From NCBI GenBank assembly GCA_963784935.1, contig CAWATD010000006.1, positions 270,175 to 334,174 of the forward strand: DNA of 64,000 nt, read 5' to 3'. Positions within the stretch are counted from its first letter, which is position 1. Each line of letters begins with the position of its first letter. Source of the DNA: an uncultured Acidobacteriota bacterium. GTDB taxonomy: Bacteria > Acidobacteriota > Thermoanaerobaculia > UBA5066 > Gp7-AA6. The notes under the pieces were generated by a model. It worked only from the letters and a program-made list of their open reading frames with translations. It had not been told where the DNA came from and made no database searches. The position numbers and the translations under genes were made by a program. Shown here piece after piece: positions 53,362 through 64,000 of the stretch.

Positions 53362-56300
53362 GTGCCGAAGCGCGACGACATCAAGAGCATCCTCGTCATC
53401 GGATCGGGGCCGATCGTCATCGGCCAGGCGTGCGAGTTCGATTACTCCGGGACCCAGGCCGTCCGCGCGTTGCGGAGCGAGGGATACCGGGTCATTCTCG
53501 TCAACTCGAACCCGGCGACGATCATGACGGACCCGGAGCTGGCCGACGCGACGTACATCGAGCCGCTGACCCCGGAGTTTCTCGAGCGGATCATCGAGCG
53601 CGAGCGGCCGGACGCCATCCTGCCGACGGTCGGGGGGCAGACCGCCATCAACCTGGCGCTCGCGCTGGCCGAGCGGGGCGTGCTCGAGAAGCGCAACGTG
53701 CTTCTCATCGGGGCCAACGAACACTCGATGCGCCTGGCCGAGGACCGGGACCTCTTCAAGACGGCGATGCTCGAGATCGGCGCGAAGGTACCGCAATCCG
53801 CCCGCGCCCGCACGCTCGCGGAGGCCGAGGCGATTGCCAGAGAGATCCGCCTGCCGCTCGTCATCCGCCCTTCCTTCACGATGGGCGGCTCCGGCGGCGG
53901 CGTCGCCCGAACGGCCGCGGACTTCCGGCGGATCGTCCAGAACGGCCTGGCCGAGTCCCCGACGCACGAGGTCCTGATCGAGGAGTCGGTCGAGGGCTGG
54001 AAGGAATTCGAGCTCGAGGTCATGCGCGACTCGGCCGACAACGTGATCGTCGTGTGCTCGATCGAGAACTTCGACGCGATGGGCGTCCACACCGGCGACT
54101 CCATCACCGTCGCGCCGCAGATGACGCTTTCGGACCGGCAGTACCAGGCCATGCGCGACGAGGCGAAGGCCGTCATCCGCAAGGTCGGCGTCGACACCGG
54201 CGGCTCGAACATCCAGTTCGCGGTCGACCCGAAGACCGGCCGGCGCGTCGTGATCGAGATGAACCCGCGCGTCTCGCGCTCGTCGGCGCTCGCCTCCAAG
54301 GCGACCGGCTTTCCGATCGCGAAGATCGCCGCGCTGCTCGCCGTGGGCTATCACCTCGACGAGATCCCCAACGACATCACGAAGAAGACGCCGGCCTCCT
54401 TCGAGCCCTCGCTCGACTACGTCGTCGTGAAGATCCCGCGGTGGGCCTTCGAGAAATTTCCCCGCGCCGACAACCGGTTGACCATCCAGATGAAGTCGGT
54501 CGGCGAGGCGATGGCGATCGGCCGCACGTTTCCCGAGGCCCTCGGCAAGGCGGTGCGCTCCCTCGAGATCGGCCGCGACGGCTTGAACGACGGCCACGGT
54601 GCCCTGCCGAGAGAAGAGCTGCTGGCCCGCCTCGAGGAGCCGACGGCCGAGCGGCTCTTCCACCTGCACCGCGCGTTCACGGCCGGGATGAGCGTGGACG
54701 AGGTCGCGGCGCACACGCGGATCGACCCGTGGTTCCTGGACGGCGTGCGGCGCATGGTGGAGGCCGAGGCATCGTTCTCGGGGCGCAGCGTCTCCGGGGT
54801 CACGCGCGACGAGCTGCGGGGTGCCAAGCGCCTCGGGCTGTCCGACCGGACGCTCGCGCGCGCGATGGGTTGCAACGAAGCCGCGGTCCGGGCCCGCCGC
54901 CGCGAGCTCGTGGTCCAGCCCGTCTACAAGACGATCGACACCTGCGCCGCCGAGTTCGAGGCCGAAACGCCCTACTTCTACTCGGCCTACGAGGACGAGA
55001 ACGAGTCGCACCGCACCGGGAAGCGGAAGGTCGTCATCCTGGGCGGCGGCCCGAACCGGATCGGGCAGGGGATCGAGTTCGACTACTGCTGCGTCCACGC
55101 CTGCTACGCGCTGGGTGAGGCGGGCTTCGAGACCATCATGATCAACTGCAACCCGGAGACGGTCTCGACGGACTACGACACGTCCGACCGGCTCTACTTC
55201 GAGCCCCTGACTTTCGAGGACGTGTCCGCGGTCCTCGACAACGAGCGGCCCGACGGCGTGCTCGTGCAGTTCGGCGGCCAGACGCCGCTGAAGCTGGCCC
55301 GCGCGCTGGAGGCGGCCGGTTATCCGATCTGGGGGACGTCGCCCGAATCCATCGACGTGGCCGAGGACCGGGGGCGATTCGGCAAGCTCCTCGGCGAGCT
55401 CGGCCTCGCCGCCCCGGCGCACGCGGAGGCGCGCAACCTCGTCGAAGCGGTCGAAGCGGCGCGGCGCATCGGCTATCCCCTCGTCGTGCGGCCGTCGTAC
55501 GTCCTCGGCGGCCGCGCCATGGCGGTCGTGTTCGACGAGACGCGGCTGGCGAGCTACGTCGAAGCGGCGGTCGCGAGCTCCGGCGAGCACCCGGTCCTGC
55601 TCGACCGCTTCCTCGACGACGCCGTCGAGCTCGACGTGGACGCGCTCTGCGACGGCCACGACACCTGGATCGGCGGAATCCAGCAGCACATCGAGGAGGC
55701 CGGGATCCACTCGGGCGACTCGTTCTCGGTCCTTCCGCCCTGGAAGATTCCGCCGGCGCTGATCTCGGAAATTCGGGATGCCACGCGCCGGCTCGCCGTC
55801 GGGCTCTCCGTGCGGGGCCTGCTCAACATCCAGTTCGCGATCCAGCACGGCAAGCTCTACGTCCTCGAGGTCAACCCGCGCGCCTCGCGGACCGTGCCGT
55901 TCGTGTCCAAGGCGATCGGCGTGCCCATGGCGCGCGCGGCCGCGCTGCTGGCGGCGGGCCGTTCGCTCGCGTCGCTCCACCTTGCGGCCGAGCGCGATCC
56001 GGTGGATTTCTTCATCAAGGCCCCGGTCTTCCCGTTTCGCAAGTTCCCGGGCGAGGACGTACTGCTCGGACCCGAGATGAAGTCTACGGGGGAGGTCATG
56101 GGAGTGTCGCCCCGATTCGGCGACGCCTTCGCCAAGGCCTGCGAGGCTTCGGGGACCCGCCTTCCGCTCTCGGGCCGGGCGTTTCTGACGGTCAATCCGT
56201 ATGACAAGGCGGCGCTGATTCCGATCGGGCGCGAGCTGCGGGACCTCGGGTTTGCGCTGTGCGCGACCGAGGGCACGAGCCAGGCCCTGCGGGAGGCGGG

Positions 56301-56568
56301 GGTCGACGCCGAGCGCGTCTACAAGGTCAACGAGGGCAGCCCCAACGCGGTCGATCGCATGGAGGCCGGAGAGATCCAGATGGTCGTGAACACGCCCCTC
56401 GGAAGCGCATCGCGGTTCGACGAGGCGGCGATCCGTGCCGCCGCGCTGCGCCTGTCCATCCCGTGCCTCACGACGCTGTCCGCGGCGACCGCGGCGGTCG
56501 AGGGGATCCGCTCGCGGCAGGAAGAGGCGACCGGCGTGGCCCCGCTCCAGGAGTACCACCGCGGATGA
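53362..56568 (+). CDS. carB: carbamoyl-phosphate synthase large subunit
   Basis: GTG start ([30 protein letters not shown]) inside ORF 52717..56568. Two ATP-grasp halves, an oligomerisation domain and an MGS-like domain. Confidence 0.95.
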   Translation: MPKRDDIKSILVIGSGPIVIGQACEFDYSGTQAVRALRSEGYRVILVNSNPATIMTDPELADATYIEPLTPEFLERIIERERPDAILPTVGGQTAINLALALAERGVLEKRNVLLIGANEHSMRLAEDRDLFKTAMLEIGAKVPQSARARTLAEAEAIAREIRLPLVIRPSFTMGGSGGGVARTAADFRRIVQNGLAESPTHEVLIEESVEGWKEFELEVMRDSADNVIVVCSIENFDAMGVHTGDSITVAPQMTLSDRQYQAMRDEAKAVIRKVGVDTGGSNIQFAVDPKTGRRVVIEMNPRVSRSSALASKATGFPIAKIAALLAVGYHLDEIPNDITKKTPASFEPSLDYVVVKIPRWAFEKFPRADNRLTIQMKSVGEAMAIGRTFPEALGKAVRSLEIGRDGLNDGHGALPREELLARLEEPTAERLFHLHRAFTAGMSVDEVAAHTRIDPWFLDGVRRMVEAEASFSGRSVSGVTRDELRGAKRLGLSDRTLARAMGCNEAAVRARRRELVVQPVYKTIDTCAAEFEAETPYFYSAYEDENESHRTGKRKVVILGGGPNRIGQGIEFDYCCVHACYALGEAGFETIMINCNPETVSTDYDTSDRLYFEPLTFEDVSAVLDNERPDGVLVQFGGQTPLKLARALEAAGYPIWGTSPESIDVAEDRGRFGKLLGELGLAAPAHAEARNLVEAVEAARRIGYPLVVRPSYVLGGRAMAVVFDETRLASYVEAAVASSGEHPVLLDRFLDDAVELDVDALCDGHDTWIGGIQQHIEEAGIHSGDSFSVLPPWKIPPALISEIRDATRRLAVGLSVRGLLNIQFAIQHGKLYVLEVNPRASRTVPFVSKAIGVPMARAAALLAAGRSLASLHLAAERDPVDFFIKAPVFPFRKFPGEDVLLGPEMKSTGEVMGVSPRFGDAFAKACEASGTRLPLSGRAFLTVNPYDKAALIPIGRELRDLGFALCATEGTSQALREAGVDAERVYKVNEGSPNAVDRMEAGEIQMVVNTPLGSASRFDEAAIRAAALRLSIPCLTTLSAATAAVEGIRSRQEEATGVAPLQEYHRG

Positions 56569-56590
56569 CCCCGCCCTCGGGGTCGGCGTC

Positions 56591-58510
56591 GTGAAAGAGC
56601 TCCCGGCGCGGCGGCCCGGCGGGAGCGCCCGGCTGTTGCTCGCGATCGCGTCGGTCGCGGGTTTCCTCGGCGTCTTCGCGATCGGCTTTCCGCCGGCTTC
56701 CCGCTCCCGGCTTCCCGTCCTGCTCGTCGCCCTGGCACTCGCCCTGCTCGGCGCCTGGAGCAGGGAGCGGGGGCTCGTCGCCTTCGGGTTTCTGTTTCCG
56801 CTGGCGGGGTTCGGGGACCGCCTCTGCGGCGGCGCGGACGCCATCGCCTGGCCGGTGCTTCTCTTCTCGGGCCTGGCGGCGGGCTGGACGTTTCGCTTTC
56901 TCTACGACTTCGAAAGCGCCCCGGACCCCTCGGCGGCCGACCGGACGCTGCGCGCGCTGTGGATCGTGTGGTCGCTCGCCGCGGCACTCGCTGTCGTGCG
57001 GGCGCGCACTCTGTGGGCCCTCGTGCGCGGCCTCGGCCTGCGCACGGTCAACGTGGAGGGCCTGCGCGACACCGCCGCGATCCGGGACAGCGTTCTCTCG
57101 TACGCAGTTCTCGCGGCGGGCGCCGCGTTCTTCTTCATGCTGCGCCGGGCCGGGTCCGAGCAGCGCGAGCGGACATGCCTGGCGGCTCTGGCCGGCGTCG
57201 CCGCCTCCGGCGCCGCGGCGGTCGCCGAGCGATGGGGGGTTGGTCCCGGAGAGACCAGCGGCTACTGGAGGACCGTGGGCCGGTTGTCGGGCGGGGCGAC
57301 GGATCCCAACGCGCTCGGGATCCTGTGCGGCCTCGGGGCGGTGGCCGCCGCGGGCCTGGCGGTGCTCGGACGAGGGCGTCGGCGGCTCTTCGCCGCCCTC
57401 GGCCTGGCGCCGATGGCGGCCGGGCTCGTCCTGTCGGGCTCCCGCAGCGGCGTCGCGCTGGCCGCCCTCGGGATCTTCGCGCTTCTGCTGGGGCGCGGCA
57501 TCCGGGCGCGCGGCCGCGCGGCCGCCCTCATGTTCGCGGCGGTCCTCGTCCTCGGCATCGCGGCCCTGCGCCTTTCCGACGGGCGGGGCAGCGCGGGCGC
57601 GCGTCTGGCCGAGATCCTCGACGGCAGCATGCCCCTCGAATACCGTGTCTCGGCCCGGCCGGTGCTCTGGGTGAGCGCCGTGCGCCTTTTCGAACGCCAC
57701 CCCATCGAGGGAGCCGGGCTCGGCGCCTTTTCCTGGCAGCTTCCGAACCTGCTCGCCGAACAGGGCCGTTCGCTGGGTCTTCGCGACAACCCGGGCAACG
57801 CGTACCTGCAGGCCCTGGCCGAGACCGGGGCGATCGGCCTGATCCTGATGGCGGCCCTGGCGTTGCTGCTCGCGCGCGAGGGCTGGGCCGCCCTGCGCGA
57901 CCCCGGGGCGCCGGCCGTGCGCGCCGGCGGCGGCGCCGCAGTGCTCGGGTTTCTCGCCGTGCTTCTGACCGGGTCGCACTGGTTCGCGCCCGACGCCGGC
58001 TTCCTCTTCTTTCTGTTTGCCGCCCTCACGGCGCGGCCGCGGCTCGCGGAGCGCTCGGCGCTGCCGGGACGGATGCGCGCGGCCCTCGTGACCGTCTATG
58101 CCGCAGCGGCGTCGTGGTCCGCGTTCGGCACGCTCGGGCCGGACGAGGCCTTTCGGTACCGCGCCGAGATGGGATTTCACGAGCGGGAAGTGGAGCAGGG
58201 CGGCCCGTTCTTCTGGACCCGCCGGCGCTTTGCGATCCGCGTCCGGCCCGGGGAAACGAGGCGAGTCGTGCTGACCCACTTCACGCCCGAGGGGAGGCCG
58301 GTCTCCTTGACCGCGGAGGCCGACGGCCGGACCGTCTTCGAGCGCTCGCTCCATCCCGGAGAGGCCGCCCCCCTCCGGCTCTCTGCCGGCCCCGCGGGGC
58401 CCCGGGTCTTCCGTTTCACGCTGTCCCGTGCGTTCGTGCCGCGGCGCCTCGGGGTCTCGGGCGACCGCCGCGAGCTCGGCGTCGTGGCCGTCTTCCCGCA
58501 AGGAGGCTGA
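56591..58510 (+). CDS. O-antigen ligase family membrane protein (Wzy_C / WaaL-like)
   Basis: GTG inside ORF 56435..58510. About 10 TM helices plus a periplasmic loop with a ...LSGSRSG... type motif. Confidence 0.6.
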   Translation: MKELPARRPGGSARLLLAIASVAGFLGVFAIGFPPASRSRLPVLLVALALALLGAWSRERGLVAFGFLFPLAGFGDRLCGGADAIAWPVLLFSGLAAGWTFRFLYDFESAPDPSAADRTLRALWIVWSLAAALAVVRARTLWALVRGLGLRTVNVEGLRDTAAIRDSVLSYAVLAAGAAFFFMLRRAGSEQRERTCLAALAGVAASGAAAVAERWGVGPGETSGYWRTVGRLSGGATDPNALGILCGLGAVAAAGLAVLGRGRRRLFAALGLAPMAAGLVLSGSRSGVALAALGIFALLLGRGIRARGRAAALMFAAVLVLGIAALRLSDGRGSAGARLAEILDGSMPLEYRVSARPVLWVSAVRLFERHPIEGAGLGAFSWQLPNLLAEQGRSLGLRDNPGNAYLQALAETGAIGLILMAALALLLAREGWAALRDPGAPAVRAGGGAAVLGFLAVLLTGSHWFAPDAGFLFFLFAALTARPRLAERSALPGRMRAALVTVYAAAASWSAFGTLGPDEAFRYRAEMGFHEREVEQGGPFFWTRRRFAIRVRPGETRRVVLTHFTPEGRPVSLTAEADGRTVFERSLHPGEAAPLRLSAGPAGPRVFRFTLSRAFVPRRLGVSGDRRELGVVAVFPQGG

Positions 58511-58511
58511 C

Positions 58512-59501
58512 GTGGAATTCCAATTCCATCCCGCGTCGCGGCGCGAAGCCGTGCGCAGTGTCGTGCTCGGCGTCCGGGGCGAGAGGGCGGCGATCGCAGT
58601 GGCCGGGATCGTTTCCGTGTTGGCGCTGTCCCTGTGGATCACGGTGCCGGCGGTTCTCTCCCGGTCCGTCCGAGCGCGGCAATCGGCCTCAATCGCCCAG
58701 ACCACGGCCGCGGTCCAGAAGGGCCGCCGCGATCTCGATGCCCGCGCCGTCCTGCTTCGGGACCGGGCGCTCGACGCGGGAGACCTCGTCAGCCGCGCGG
58801 CATTTCTCTACCGGGTGGGGCCCGAGCTCTGGCCGCGCAGCCTGAATCCCGAGGCGGGCGTGCTCGCGTCGGGCGACTCCGAGCGGCTGGTCCAGGGGCT
58901 AACGGGGTACCTCTCCGGCCTCGAGCGGGGCCTCGGGCTCGTCGCCGCCTGCGAGGAGACCGATCCGGCGCTCGCCGCGGCGACGCCATCCATCCTGCCG
59001 GTTGCTTCCGACCTCGTGGAGCCGGCCGTGCGCTTCGGGCCGCGGGTCTCGCCCTGGACCGGGAGCGAGGAATTCTTTGCCGGAATGGACCTCGCGGCGC
59101 CCGCGGGCGCTCCCGTCATCGCTCCGGCCGCCGGCACGGTCGCCTTCGCGGGCCGGGTCCCGGCCTCCATGAATTCGCGACTCTGGAGGTTCGGCAACCT
59201 CGTCGTCCTCTGGCACGGCCCGGCCGGGGCGACGGCCTTCGGTCACCTGGCGAAAATCGACGTGCGCAAGGGCGAGCGCGTGCGCCGCGGGCAAAGGCTC
59301 GGCACGGTCGGATCGAGCGGCTGGACGATGTCGCCCGAGCTGCACTACGAATTCTGGCGACCCGGCCCGGACGGCCTTGCGCCGACCGACCCGCGGTTCG
59401 CGATGCTCGATCTGCGCCTGGCCGGCCACGACGTTTCGCTGGAGAAGATGCTGGCGACGTCCGCGCCCGGGCCGATCCAGGATCTTCCGGGGGTTCGGTA
59501 G
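58512..59501 (+). CDS. M23 family metallopeptidase (LytM domain)
   Basis: GTG start with an AGGAGG ribosome-binding site, inside ORF 58428..59501. N-terminal TM; LytM motifs GMDLAAPAGAPVIAPAAGTVAFAG ... HLAKIDVRKGERVRRGQRLGTVGSSG. Confidence 0.75.
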   Translation: MEFQFHPASRREAVRSVVLGVRGERAAIAVAGIVSVLALSLWITVPAVLSRSVRARQSASIAQTTAAVQKGRRDLDARAVLLRDRALDAGDLVSRAAFLYRVGPELWPRSLNPEAGVLASGDSERLVQGLTGYLSGLERGLGLVAACEETDPALAAATPSILPVASDLVEPAVRFGPRVSPWTGSEEFFAGMDLAAPAGAPVIAPAAGTVAFAGRVPASMNSRLWRFGNLVVLWHGPAGATAFGHLAKIDVRKGERVRRGQRLGTVGSSGWTMSPELHYEFWRPGPDGLAPTDPRFAMLDLRLAGHDVSLEKMLATSAPGPIQDLPGVR

Positions 59502-59859
59502 GCGGAACTCTTTGCTCTTTGGGCGTATCCTTATAGGGCCGTGACCGAAACCTTCGACATCGCCGAGCTGGCCTACGCGCGCTGGACACGCGCCGTGGAT
59601 TTGCTCATGCGCGAGGTGGTGTGGCGACGCGAGCTTCTGGCGCGCGGGCAAGAGCGTGCGCGTGCCGAAAGGCGGGTACACAACCTGCGCCGGATCGTGC
59701 GCCGCGCGCTGGCGGAATACAGCCGGATCCAGATCGCCCGGCAATAGCCCGGCGCAGAGCCGGGGCGGGCTCTCAGGGCCGCCCGGCCAGCCTCGCGTCG
59801 AGCGTAAACCTCTCTGGGCGCCCGACGCGCATCCTGCGGAAGTTCGGACCGATGCCGTC

Positions 59860-61032
59860 CTATCCCGGGTAGTGCCCGACCCGCTCGCGATGCGCGGCCA
59901 GGCGGCCGAGGACGTCGGCGAGTCGGTCGCCGCCCGTCAGGGCCAGCAGGGCGTCGGCGAGGACGAAGGCGAGCATGGCTTCCGCAATGACGCCGCAGGC
60001 CGGCACGGCGGTCACGTCGCTCCTCTCGTAGGCGGAGCGCGCGGGCTCGCCCGTTTCGAGGTCGACCGAGTCGAGGCCGCGGGCGAGCGTGGAGATCGGC
60101 TTCATGTAGACGACGGCGAGGATGTCCTCACCGTTGGTCACGCCGGCCTCGAGGCCGCCGGCGCGATTGGTCCGGCGGCGCAACCCGTTGGGGCCCGTTT
60201 CGATCTCGTCGTGCGCCTCCGAGCCCGGACCGCACGAGGCGGCGAGCGCGGAGCCGAACTCGACCGCCTTGACGGCGGGAACCGACAAGAGCGCCTGCCC
60301 GATGCGGCCGTCGAGCTTCCGGTCCCACGAGGCGTAGCTGCCGAGACCCGCCGGGACGCCGTTCGCGCCGAGGAGGATCGAGCCGCCGAGCGTCTCGCCC
60401 GCCATCTTGGCCCCGTCGACGGCTTCGACCATCTTGCGCTCGAGTGCGGCGTCGATCGCCCGGAGCGGAGAGTCCTCCCGGACCTTCAAGAGCGAGGCGA
60501 AGGAGCGCGGCGAGTGCGCGTCGGCGACGGCGCCGAGCGATAGGACGCCGCTCGCGATCTCGATGCCGCACTGCCTCAAGAGCAGCTTGCACACGGCCCC
60601 GCAGGCCACGCGCGCCGCTGATTCGCGCGCCGACGCGCGCTCGAGGACATCGCGCAGGTCCCTGGCCCCGTACTTCATTCCACCGGCGAGGTCCGCGTGT
60701 CCCGGACGGGGGCGCGTCAGCCGCTTCGCCGCCGCGGCCTCCGGATCGATCGCCATCGCGCCCATGACGCTCGCCCAGTTGGCGTGGTCGCGGTTCAGGA
60801 TCCCGATCGCGATGGGCGAGCCGAGCGTCACGCCCCCGCGAACGCCGCCCTCGAAGAGGGCCTCGTCCTTCTCGATCTTCATCCGCCCGCCGCGCCCGTA
60901 GCCATGCTGGCGGCGGGCGAGCTCGCCCGCGACGAAGGCAGGATCGATCCGAAGCCCGGCCGGCATCCCTTCCAGGATCGCCGTCAGGCGCGGGCCGTGG
61001 GATTCGCCGGCGGTCGTCAGAAGCAGGGGCAC
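59860..61032 (-). CDS. aroC: chorismate synthase
   Basis: 390 aa with AroC signatures (ESHGPRLTAILEGMPAGL, RPRPGHADLAG, GGRSSARET-like region). Confidence 0.9.
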   Translation of the reverse strand: MPLLLTTAGESHGPRLTAILEGMPAGLRIDPAFVAGELARRQHGYGRGGRMKIEKDEALFEGGVRGGVTLGSPIAIGILNRDHANWASVMGAMAIDPEAAAAKRLTRPRPGHADLAGGMKYGARDLRDVLERASARESAARVACGAVCKLLLRQCGIEIASGVLSLGAVADAHSPRSFASLLKVREDSPLRAIDAALERKMVEAVDGAKMAGETLGGSILLGANGVPAGLGSYASWDRKLDGRIGQALLSVPAVKAVEFGSALAASCGPGSEAHDEIETGPNGLRRRTNRAGGLEAGVTNGEDILAVVYMKPISTLARGLDSVDLETGEPARSAYERSDVTAVPACGVIAEAMLAFVLADALLALTGGDRLADVLGRLAAHRERVGHYPG

Positions 61033-61074
61033 GGGGGGAGTCTATCCATAGCGAGCGGCCGGGGTGGCTCAAAA

Positions 61075-61121
61075 GGGATCCTTCGGGGCCTGCTGGGCCC
61101 TCAGGATGGCACAGGATGACC
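61075..61121. repeat. REP-like palindromic intergenic repeat, copy 4 (inverted, with internal CATCCTG duplication)
   Basis: GGGATCCTTCGGGGCCTGCTGGGCCCTCAGGATGGCACAGGATGACC. Confidence 0.6.
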
Positions 61122-61130
61122 GCTGCGCGG

Positions 61131-61478
61131 TCAGTTGGGCATCAATCCCTCCAGCGCACTCGGAGAAGCGAGCGAGGCGTACGACTCCTCGGCCGCTGCG
61201 GCCGGCTTGCTGGAGCTTTCGAGCGCGAGGCCGGTGAAGAAGAAGAAGAGCGCCGCGGCGGCGGCGGCCAGCCAGAGGCGGCTCCGCGAGCGCTCAGCGT
61301 CGTCGTGTTCCAGGTTCTCGAGGATGGCCGCGATCAATCGCTCGTCCGCCGCCACCGGTGCCTCGCGAAGAGGCAGATCTTTCCACGCTGCGGCGATGCG
61401 CGCATCGCCGCGACAAGCGGGGCAGGCGAAGAGGTGAGACTCGTCGGCACGGTGGGCAAGGCATTCCCTGCGGTTCAT
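61131..61478 (-). CDS. anti-sigma factor, zinc-finger (HxxxCxxC), membrane-anchored
   Basis: 115-aa C-terminal part of ORF 61131..62234. HLFACPAC motif and the TM segment LWLAAAAAALFFFFTGLAL; ATGA overlap with the upstream sigma. Confidence 0.65.
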   Translation of the reverse strand: MNRRECLAHRADESHLFACPACRGDARIAAAWKDLPLREAPVAADERLIAAILENLEHDDAERSRSRLWLAAAAAALFFFFTGLALESSSKPAAAAEESYASLASPSALEGLMPN

Positions 61479-61930
61479 GGTCGCTCCTTCTCGAATCGGG
61501 CGCGAATCTTTCGGCGGGCCCGATGCATCCGGACCCGAACGGCCGTGACGCTGATCTCGAACCGGTGCGCGATCTCCTGGTCGGTCGCGCCCTCGATCTC
61601 GCGGGCGATCATGATCTCGCGATCGAGCGGCGACATCGCGGCCAGGGCGGCGCGGAGCAGGTCCGCATCTTCCTGGCGCGCCTCCTCGTTTCCCGGCGCG
61701 GATTGCGACTCGGGCAGGGGCGACTCGGGGCGCCGCCGGCGTACCAGGTCGATGGCGCACCGGATCGCGATCGTGCGCACCCACGCCCGAAAGTTCGATT
61801 GCGGCCGGTAACGGTCGAGCGTGCGGAAGGCCTTCAGGAAGGCCTCCTGCACGGCGTCCTCGGCGAGGCTGGTGTCGGCCGTGATGCGCCGCGCGGCGGC
61901 AATCGCGACGGGCGCGGCCATGCGCACCAA
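61475..61930 (-). CDS. ECF sigma factor (possibly N-terminally truncated as annotated)
   Basis: 151 aa from a TTG start; region 2 (AEDAVQEAFLKAFRTLDRYR...FRAWVRTIAIRCAIDLVRRR) and region 4 (ATDQEIAHRFEISVTAVRVRMHRAR). Confidence 0.8.
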   Translation of the reverse strand: MVRMAAPVAIAAARRITADTSLAEDAVQEAFLKAFRTLDRYRPQSNFRAWVRTIAIRCAIDLVRRRRPESPLPESQSAPGNEEARQEDADLLRAALAAMSPLDREIMIAREIEGATDQEIAHRFEISVTAVRVRMHRARRKIRARFEKERP

Positions 61931-62031
61931 AGCGGCGACGGCATCCTGGTCGCCGCAGCGCGCCCGCGCGACGAGGAGATCCTGGTCGCCGGGTGCACCG
62001 GGAACGGCTGCGGCGGACAGCGCAGAGGGTC

Positions 62032-62535
62032 TCAGCTCTCGCTCCGCAGGAAGGCGCCGAGGGACTGGAGCTCTTCGTCGCCGCGGCCTCCCATCTTGTT
62101 GTGGAAGGTGACGAACTTTTCCTGCTGCTCGGGCGAGAGGATCGGCCAGATCTCGGACCGGATTCTCGCGAAGAGCAGCGCCCCGTCGCCATGGACGGCG
62201 CCCACCTGCTGCGCGAGGGCGCGGATCGCGGCATCGTCCGTCGGCTGGGTCATGACGACGTTGTGCAGGGCGTGCCTGGCGTCCATGCCCGCCCGGACCT
62301 GGGCCAGGATTTCGTCGGCGTGCGACTTCAGGATGGCGCGGATCTGGGTCTTCTGCGCGTCGGTCAGATCGAGGGCGCGGGAGATGTGCTCGAACATCTT
62401 CGCGGCCCGGGGGCCGTGCGGGAAGCCGGGGCCCATCTGGCGGCCCAGGAGCCTTCCGGCGAAGAGGCCCGTGCAGGCCAGGACGCCGATCCCGGCGGTG
62501 ATCAAGATGGAGCGGCGGATTTTTTGGATGCTCAT
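62032..62535 (-). CDS. Spy/CpxP-family periplasmic protein (LTxxQ motifs)
   Basis: 167 aa with a signal peptide and two LTxxQ-type motifs (LDLTDAQKTQIRAIL, LSPEQQEKF). Confidence 0.7.
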   Translation of the reverse strand: MSIQKIRRSILITAGIGVLACTGLFAGRLLGRQMGPGFPHGPRAAKMFEHISRALDLTDAQKTQIRAILKSHADEILAQVRAGMDARHALHNVVMTQPTDDAAIRALAQQVGAVHGDGALLFARIRSEIWPILSPEQQEKFVTFHNKMGGRGDEELQSLGAFLRSES

Positions 62536-62616
62536 CGGATTTCCCCCTGTTCCTCTGTATGAACGAGTGCCGGGACGGAAAGGTTACTCCCCTCGGGACG
62601 GGCTAGACTCCCTCCC

Positions 62617-64000
62617 GTGGAGCGGAAATACGTCCTCCGGACGCCCGCCCGGCTGAAGACCTACCGGGTCGACTACGACCGGGAGTTGAACGACGAGCAG
62701 CGCGAGGTCGTGCTCGAGGGCGCGGGCCCCATCCTGGTGATCGCCGGGGCGGGCTCGGGCAAGACCCGGACCCTCGTCTACCGCGTCTCACGCCTGATCG
62801 AGTCGGGTCACGACCCCTCCCGGATCCTCCTGCTGACGTTCACGAACCGGGCCGCGCGCGAAATGCTGCGGCGGGTCGAGTCCCTGTTGGCCGTGGACAT
62901 GCGGAGGCTGATGGGAGGAACGTTCCACTCGGTCGGCAACCGGCTGCTGCGCCGTTTCGGAAGCCGCCTCGGCATCGGGCAGAACTTCACGATCCTCGAT
63001 CCCGAGGACGCCCGCGAGATGCTCGAAGCCGCAACGTCGGACCGGAAGATCCCGACGCTCGAGCGGCGCTTTCCCAAGGGCGACGTGCTGCTCGACCTCT
63101 ACTCCTTCACGATCAACACGGGCCGCCCGTTCCCGGAGGTCCTCGCCGAGCATGCGCCGCACTTTTCCGAGATCGAGGCGGAGATCGTCTCGGTGTTCCA
63201 GCGTTACCGCGAGCGCAAGCGCCTGGGCAACGCCTGCGACTACGACGACCTGCTCCTGATGTGGAAGCGGCTGCTCGACGAAAGCCCCGAGGCCGCGGCG
63301 CAGCTGGCGGCCTCCTACGACCACATCCTCGTGGACGAGTACCAGGACACGAACCGGCTCCAGGGCGACATCGTGGACGGGATGGCGAAGGTCAAGCAAA
63401 ACGTCACGGTCGTCGGGGACGACGCACAGGCGATCTACTCCTTCCGCGGCGCCTCGTTCGAGAACATCCTGGGGTTTCCGAAGCGCTACCCCGAGGCGAA
63501 GACCTTCCGCCTGACCCGCAACTACCGCTCGACCCCAGAGATCCTGGCGCTCGCCAACGCCTCGATCGCGCACAACGAGCGCCAGTTTCCCAAGGAGCTC
63601 TCGGCCGCACGCGAGGGCGGCGGACTGCCGGCCGTCGTGGCGCTGCCGGACATCGCCGACCAGGCCCGTTTTGCGGCGCAGCGGCTGCTCGAATGGCACG
63701 ACGAGGGAGAGAAGCTCCATGAGCTCGCCATCCTCTACCGCGCCCACTACCAGGCGCTCGAGCTGCAGATCGAGCTCACGCGCCGGGGGATTCCCTACGA
63801 AATCCGCTCGGGCATGCGGTTCTTCGAGCAGCGCCACGTCAAGGATGTCCTCGCGTTCCTGCGCATCCTCGTGAATCCGAAGGACGAGCTCTCCTGGAAG
63901 CGGGCCCTCAAGATCTTTCCGCGGGTCGGGGAGCGCTCGGCCTCCGCGGTCTGGGAAGCGATCGGCTCGCGGCCGGATCCGCTGGCGGCGTTCCGCGCCC
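62617..64000 (+). CDS. UvrD/PcrA/Rep-family ATP-dependent DNA helicase, partial (continues beyond window end)
   Basis: GTG start, no stop within the window. Motifs I (AGAGSGKT), Ia (TFTNRAAREM), II (DEYQDT), III (GDDAQAIYSFRGA), IV. Confidence 0.85.
   Translation, partial: MERKYVLRTPARLKTYRVDYDRELNDEQREVVLEGAGPILVIAGAGSGKTRTLVYRVSRLIESGHDPSRILLLTFTNRAAREMLRRVESLLAVDMRRLMGGTFHSVGNRLLRRFGSRLGIGQNFTILDPEDAREMLEAATSDRKIPTLERRFPKGDVLLDLYSFTINTGRPFPEVLAEHAPHFSEIEAEIVSVFQRYRERKRLGNACDYDDLLLMWKRLLDESPEAAAQLAASYDHILVDEYQDTNRLQGDIVDGMAKVKQNVTVVGDDAQAIYSFRGASFENILGFPKRYPEAKTFRLTRNYRSTPEILALANASIAHNERQFPKELSAAREGGGLPAVVALPDIADQARFAAQRLLEWHDEGEKLHELAILYRAHYQALELQIELTRRGIPYEIRSGMRFFEQRHVKDVLAFLRILVNPKDELSWKRALKIFPRVGERSASAVWEAIGSRPDPLAAFRA

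Noticed and set aside
59541-59747. 68-aa plus-strand ORF (MTETFDIAELAYARWTRAVDLL...) between the M23 peptidase and aroC
   Set aside because: It has a GTG start without a convincing ribosome-binding site and an Arg-rich helical composition common to chance ORFs at this GC content. There are no motifs. It is kept only as a possibility.

Overview
This is a very GC-rich bacterial chromosomal segment, roughly 70% GC by eye, with dense coding on both strands. The gene content suggests an Acidobacteria-like organism: ECF sigma factors paired with zinc-finger (HxxxCxxC) anti-sigma factors, an ECF sigma immediately upstream of a Ser/Thr kinase that carries a TolB-like module and a TPR tail, and a DUF1111 di-haem protein. 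Most genes are housekeeping (gdhA, hbd, proS, maeB, argS, carA, carB, aroF-type DAHP synthase, aroC, acyl-CoA dehydrogenase with meaB and mce, a UvrD-like helicase).

The most distinctive block runs from 20129 to 33574. A MidA/NDUFAF7-family methyltransferase sits directly upstream of an 11-gene nuoABCDHIJKLMN cluster that has no nuoE, nuoF or nuoG. Thirty-five nt downstream of nuoN come atpZ, atpI, atpB and atpE, then an intrinsic terminator. nuoL carries a His/Gly-rich insertion and an apparent frameshift.

Other notable features are:
- a family of about 35-nt palindromic repeats confined to intergenic regions, with six or more copies;
- a multiply frameshifted Ser/Thr kinase paralog, which looks like a pseudogene;
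- a frameshifted CRTAC1/ASPIC-like lipoprotein gene;
- an ORF that fuses a GHMP kinase to a methyltransferase, probably through a frameshift;
- an ECF sigma gene (61475-61930) whose conserved N-terminal region is encoded upstream of its only available start codon.

I found no CRISPR array, tRNA or rRNA gene, transposase, integrase, or recognisable defence island. Because the six-frame track shows several frame disruptions, indel errors in the assembly cannot be separated from real pseudogenes without read-level data. The high GC content also produces many long spurious antisense ORFs, which I ignored.
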